This document shows positions 62,651-64,000 of a DNA stretch of 64,000 nt, piece after piece. The DNA lies in NCBI GenBank assembly GCA_013239625.1, contig MU053482.1, forward strand, positions 4,725,775-4,789,774, in the 5' to 3' direction. The notes under the pieces were generated by a model. It was not told where the DNA came from and ran no database searches. It saw only the letters and a program-made list of their open reading frames with translations. The DNA comes from Lama guanicoe (Eukaryota). Positions within the stretch are counted from its first letter, which is position 1, and the number at the start of each line of letters is the position of its first letter. A program made the translations under genes and the position numbers.

Positions 62651-64000
62651 CAGCCTTTATTCTTTGATGTGCATTATCTTATTTAACCCACACCTTAGCT
62701 TTATAAGGTAGACACCATCTGCTATGAGCCTCGGTGCTGAAATGACTTGCCCAAGGTCTAAAAACCTGCAGGCAGTGAGGCTGACATGCAAGCCCCAGTG
62801 CGGCTGCTGGCCTGAGGCACCACTGCTCTTCCTTCTGCTGCTTTTGCTTCCCAAGCTCAGACTCCCTAGTTCCCATACTTTCTGGTATCTTCACAGCCTG
62901 AGCCAGGAAACGCAGCGCAGGTTTATTGAATAATTTTTCCTGGATGATTTAATGGGAACCAGGTTGGGGGGTGGGCAGGAAATGGGACACCTGGAGCATT
63001 CCATCCCTTCAGATGTCTAGCTGACCCAGTGTGCCATGTGCTGCGTACCATTCCAGCAGCAGGTCGTGCCGAGCAGCATGGTACCCCACTGCACCTAGCC
63101 AAGAAGGAGGGAAACCAAGTCATGCTCTGGGGGAAGATCAGCCAGTCCCTTTTAATTAATGTATTTATTTTTAAATAGCAGAGAAAAAAAGCTATGAAAA
63201 GAACAAGAACAGTCAGGGAAATACCTACATGGATAATCCTCATGCCTGAGGCAGTCACAGCCTGAGCCTAGCTGCTGGAAAGTAAACAAAAGCTGTTAGC
63301 TGGCAGGCAGGCTCTGGGTGGCGTGTGGCCTGGAGGAGTGTGTGTCTGGCGTGGGTCCGTGGGCGAGGCTCCTCTGGGATGGCATACCGAACTTCCCCAC
63401 GCCCGCGGGTGCCGCCGGGGCCCTGCCGAGGATGCTCTTCCTGTCGTTATTGTAGTCAGGATGGCTTTCACATCATTGCAGATCATGGTCTCCCGTTCTT
63501 TTCCTGCAAATGTTGGAAGCTGACACCTCCTTTTCCAGCGAAGCCTCCTTTGGTACCAGCTGATGTTTGTGTCTGTACCGTCCTCACCCCACTGGTTATG
63601 TAGTTTACATCTGTGCAGATCTTGGAGTCGAGTTCCAGGGACCTGAGGAAGACGATGGCTGTGTGTATTGGTTCCTGTGTTCACCCCGCAGCTTGTGCTG
63701 CAGGAGACGGGGGAGGCAACCGGTGTGTTTTGGTTCTTTGTTTTTGCTACCAGGCTGGGGTTTGGGTTTTTACTTCCGTTTCTCCAAAACTCTTTAAAAC
63801 ACATCTGAAGGTGGAGCTTCTTTTCCTGGACAGAATTAAGAGGGTGATATTAGAAGTCCTGGGGGTACAGGAATAGACTGTCTTCGGGTGCTGGCCCAGG
63901 AGGTGGCAAGAAAATGAGACCAAGTAAAGATTATATTGTTCGGCCCAGGCTATGTGTCAGGCATTTTTGTTGTACCTGTTGAGTCAGAATTTCTTGGGAA

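Noticed and set aside
1..64000. The 60-204 aa ORFs in the six-frame track as genes
   Set aside because: Many start at non-ATG codons, overlap repeats or low-complexity DNA, and resemble no protein family I recognise. Their number and length fit chance in GC-rich mammalian DNA.
42040..64000. Naming the host gene
   Set aside because: No coding exon is in the window and I do not recognise the 5'UTR, so any symbol would be a guess.

Overview
This is mammalian, most likely camelid (camel/alpaca/llama), non-coding genomic DNA. The lineage call rests on five copies of a tRNA-derived SINE of the camelid Vic-1 type and on cetartiodactyl-type L1 3' ends. I found no protein-coding exon I can support, and the ORF track looks like background. 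The only recognisable protein similarity is a decayed L1 ORF2 remnant at about 29.9-30.1 kb. Positions 1 to about 42 kb are repeat-rich intergenic sequence (MIR, L2, L3, old L1, MaLR/ERVL LTRs, MER3, MER5). A CpG-island promoter lies at about 42.0-43.1 kb, with GC boxes, inverted CCAAT boxes, an E-box and a non-coding first exon on the + strand that has two candidate donors. Downstream is the first ~21 kb of what is probably intron 1 of an unidentified gene. The most interesting observations are: (i) a 41-bp minisatellite in that intron carrying a phased array of CACGTG E-boxes; (ii) a candidate spliced antisense transcript from the same CpG island, with a perfect donor at 42878, an acceptor at 39770 and a ~950-nt frame broken only by a TGA-TGA pair; (iii) a ~350-bp element joining an L1 5' end directly to an L1 3' end; and (iv) several nested insertions with readable target-site duplications (TSDs). 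None of these is a demonstrated new system. They are testable hypotheses. Repeat family names come from recalled consensus motifs, and boundaries are approximate unless a TSD is given.
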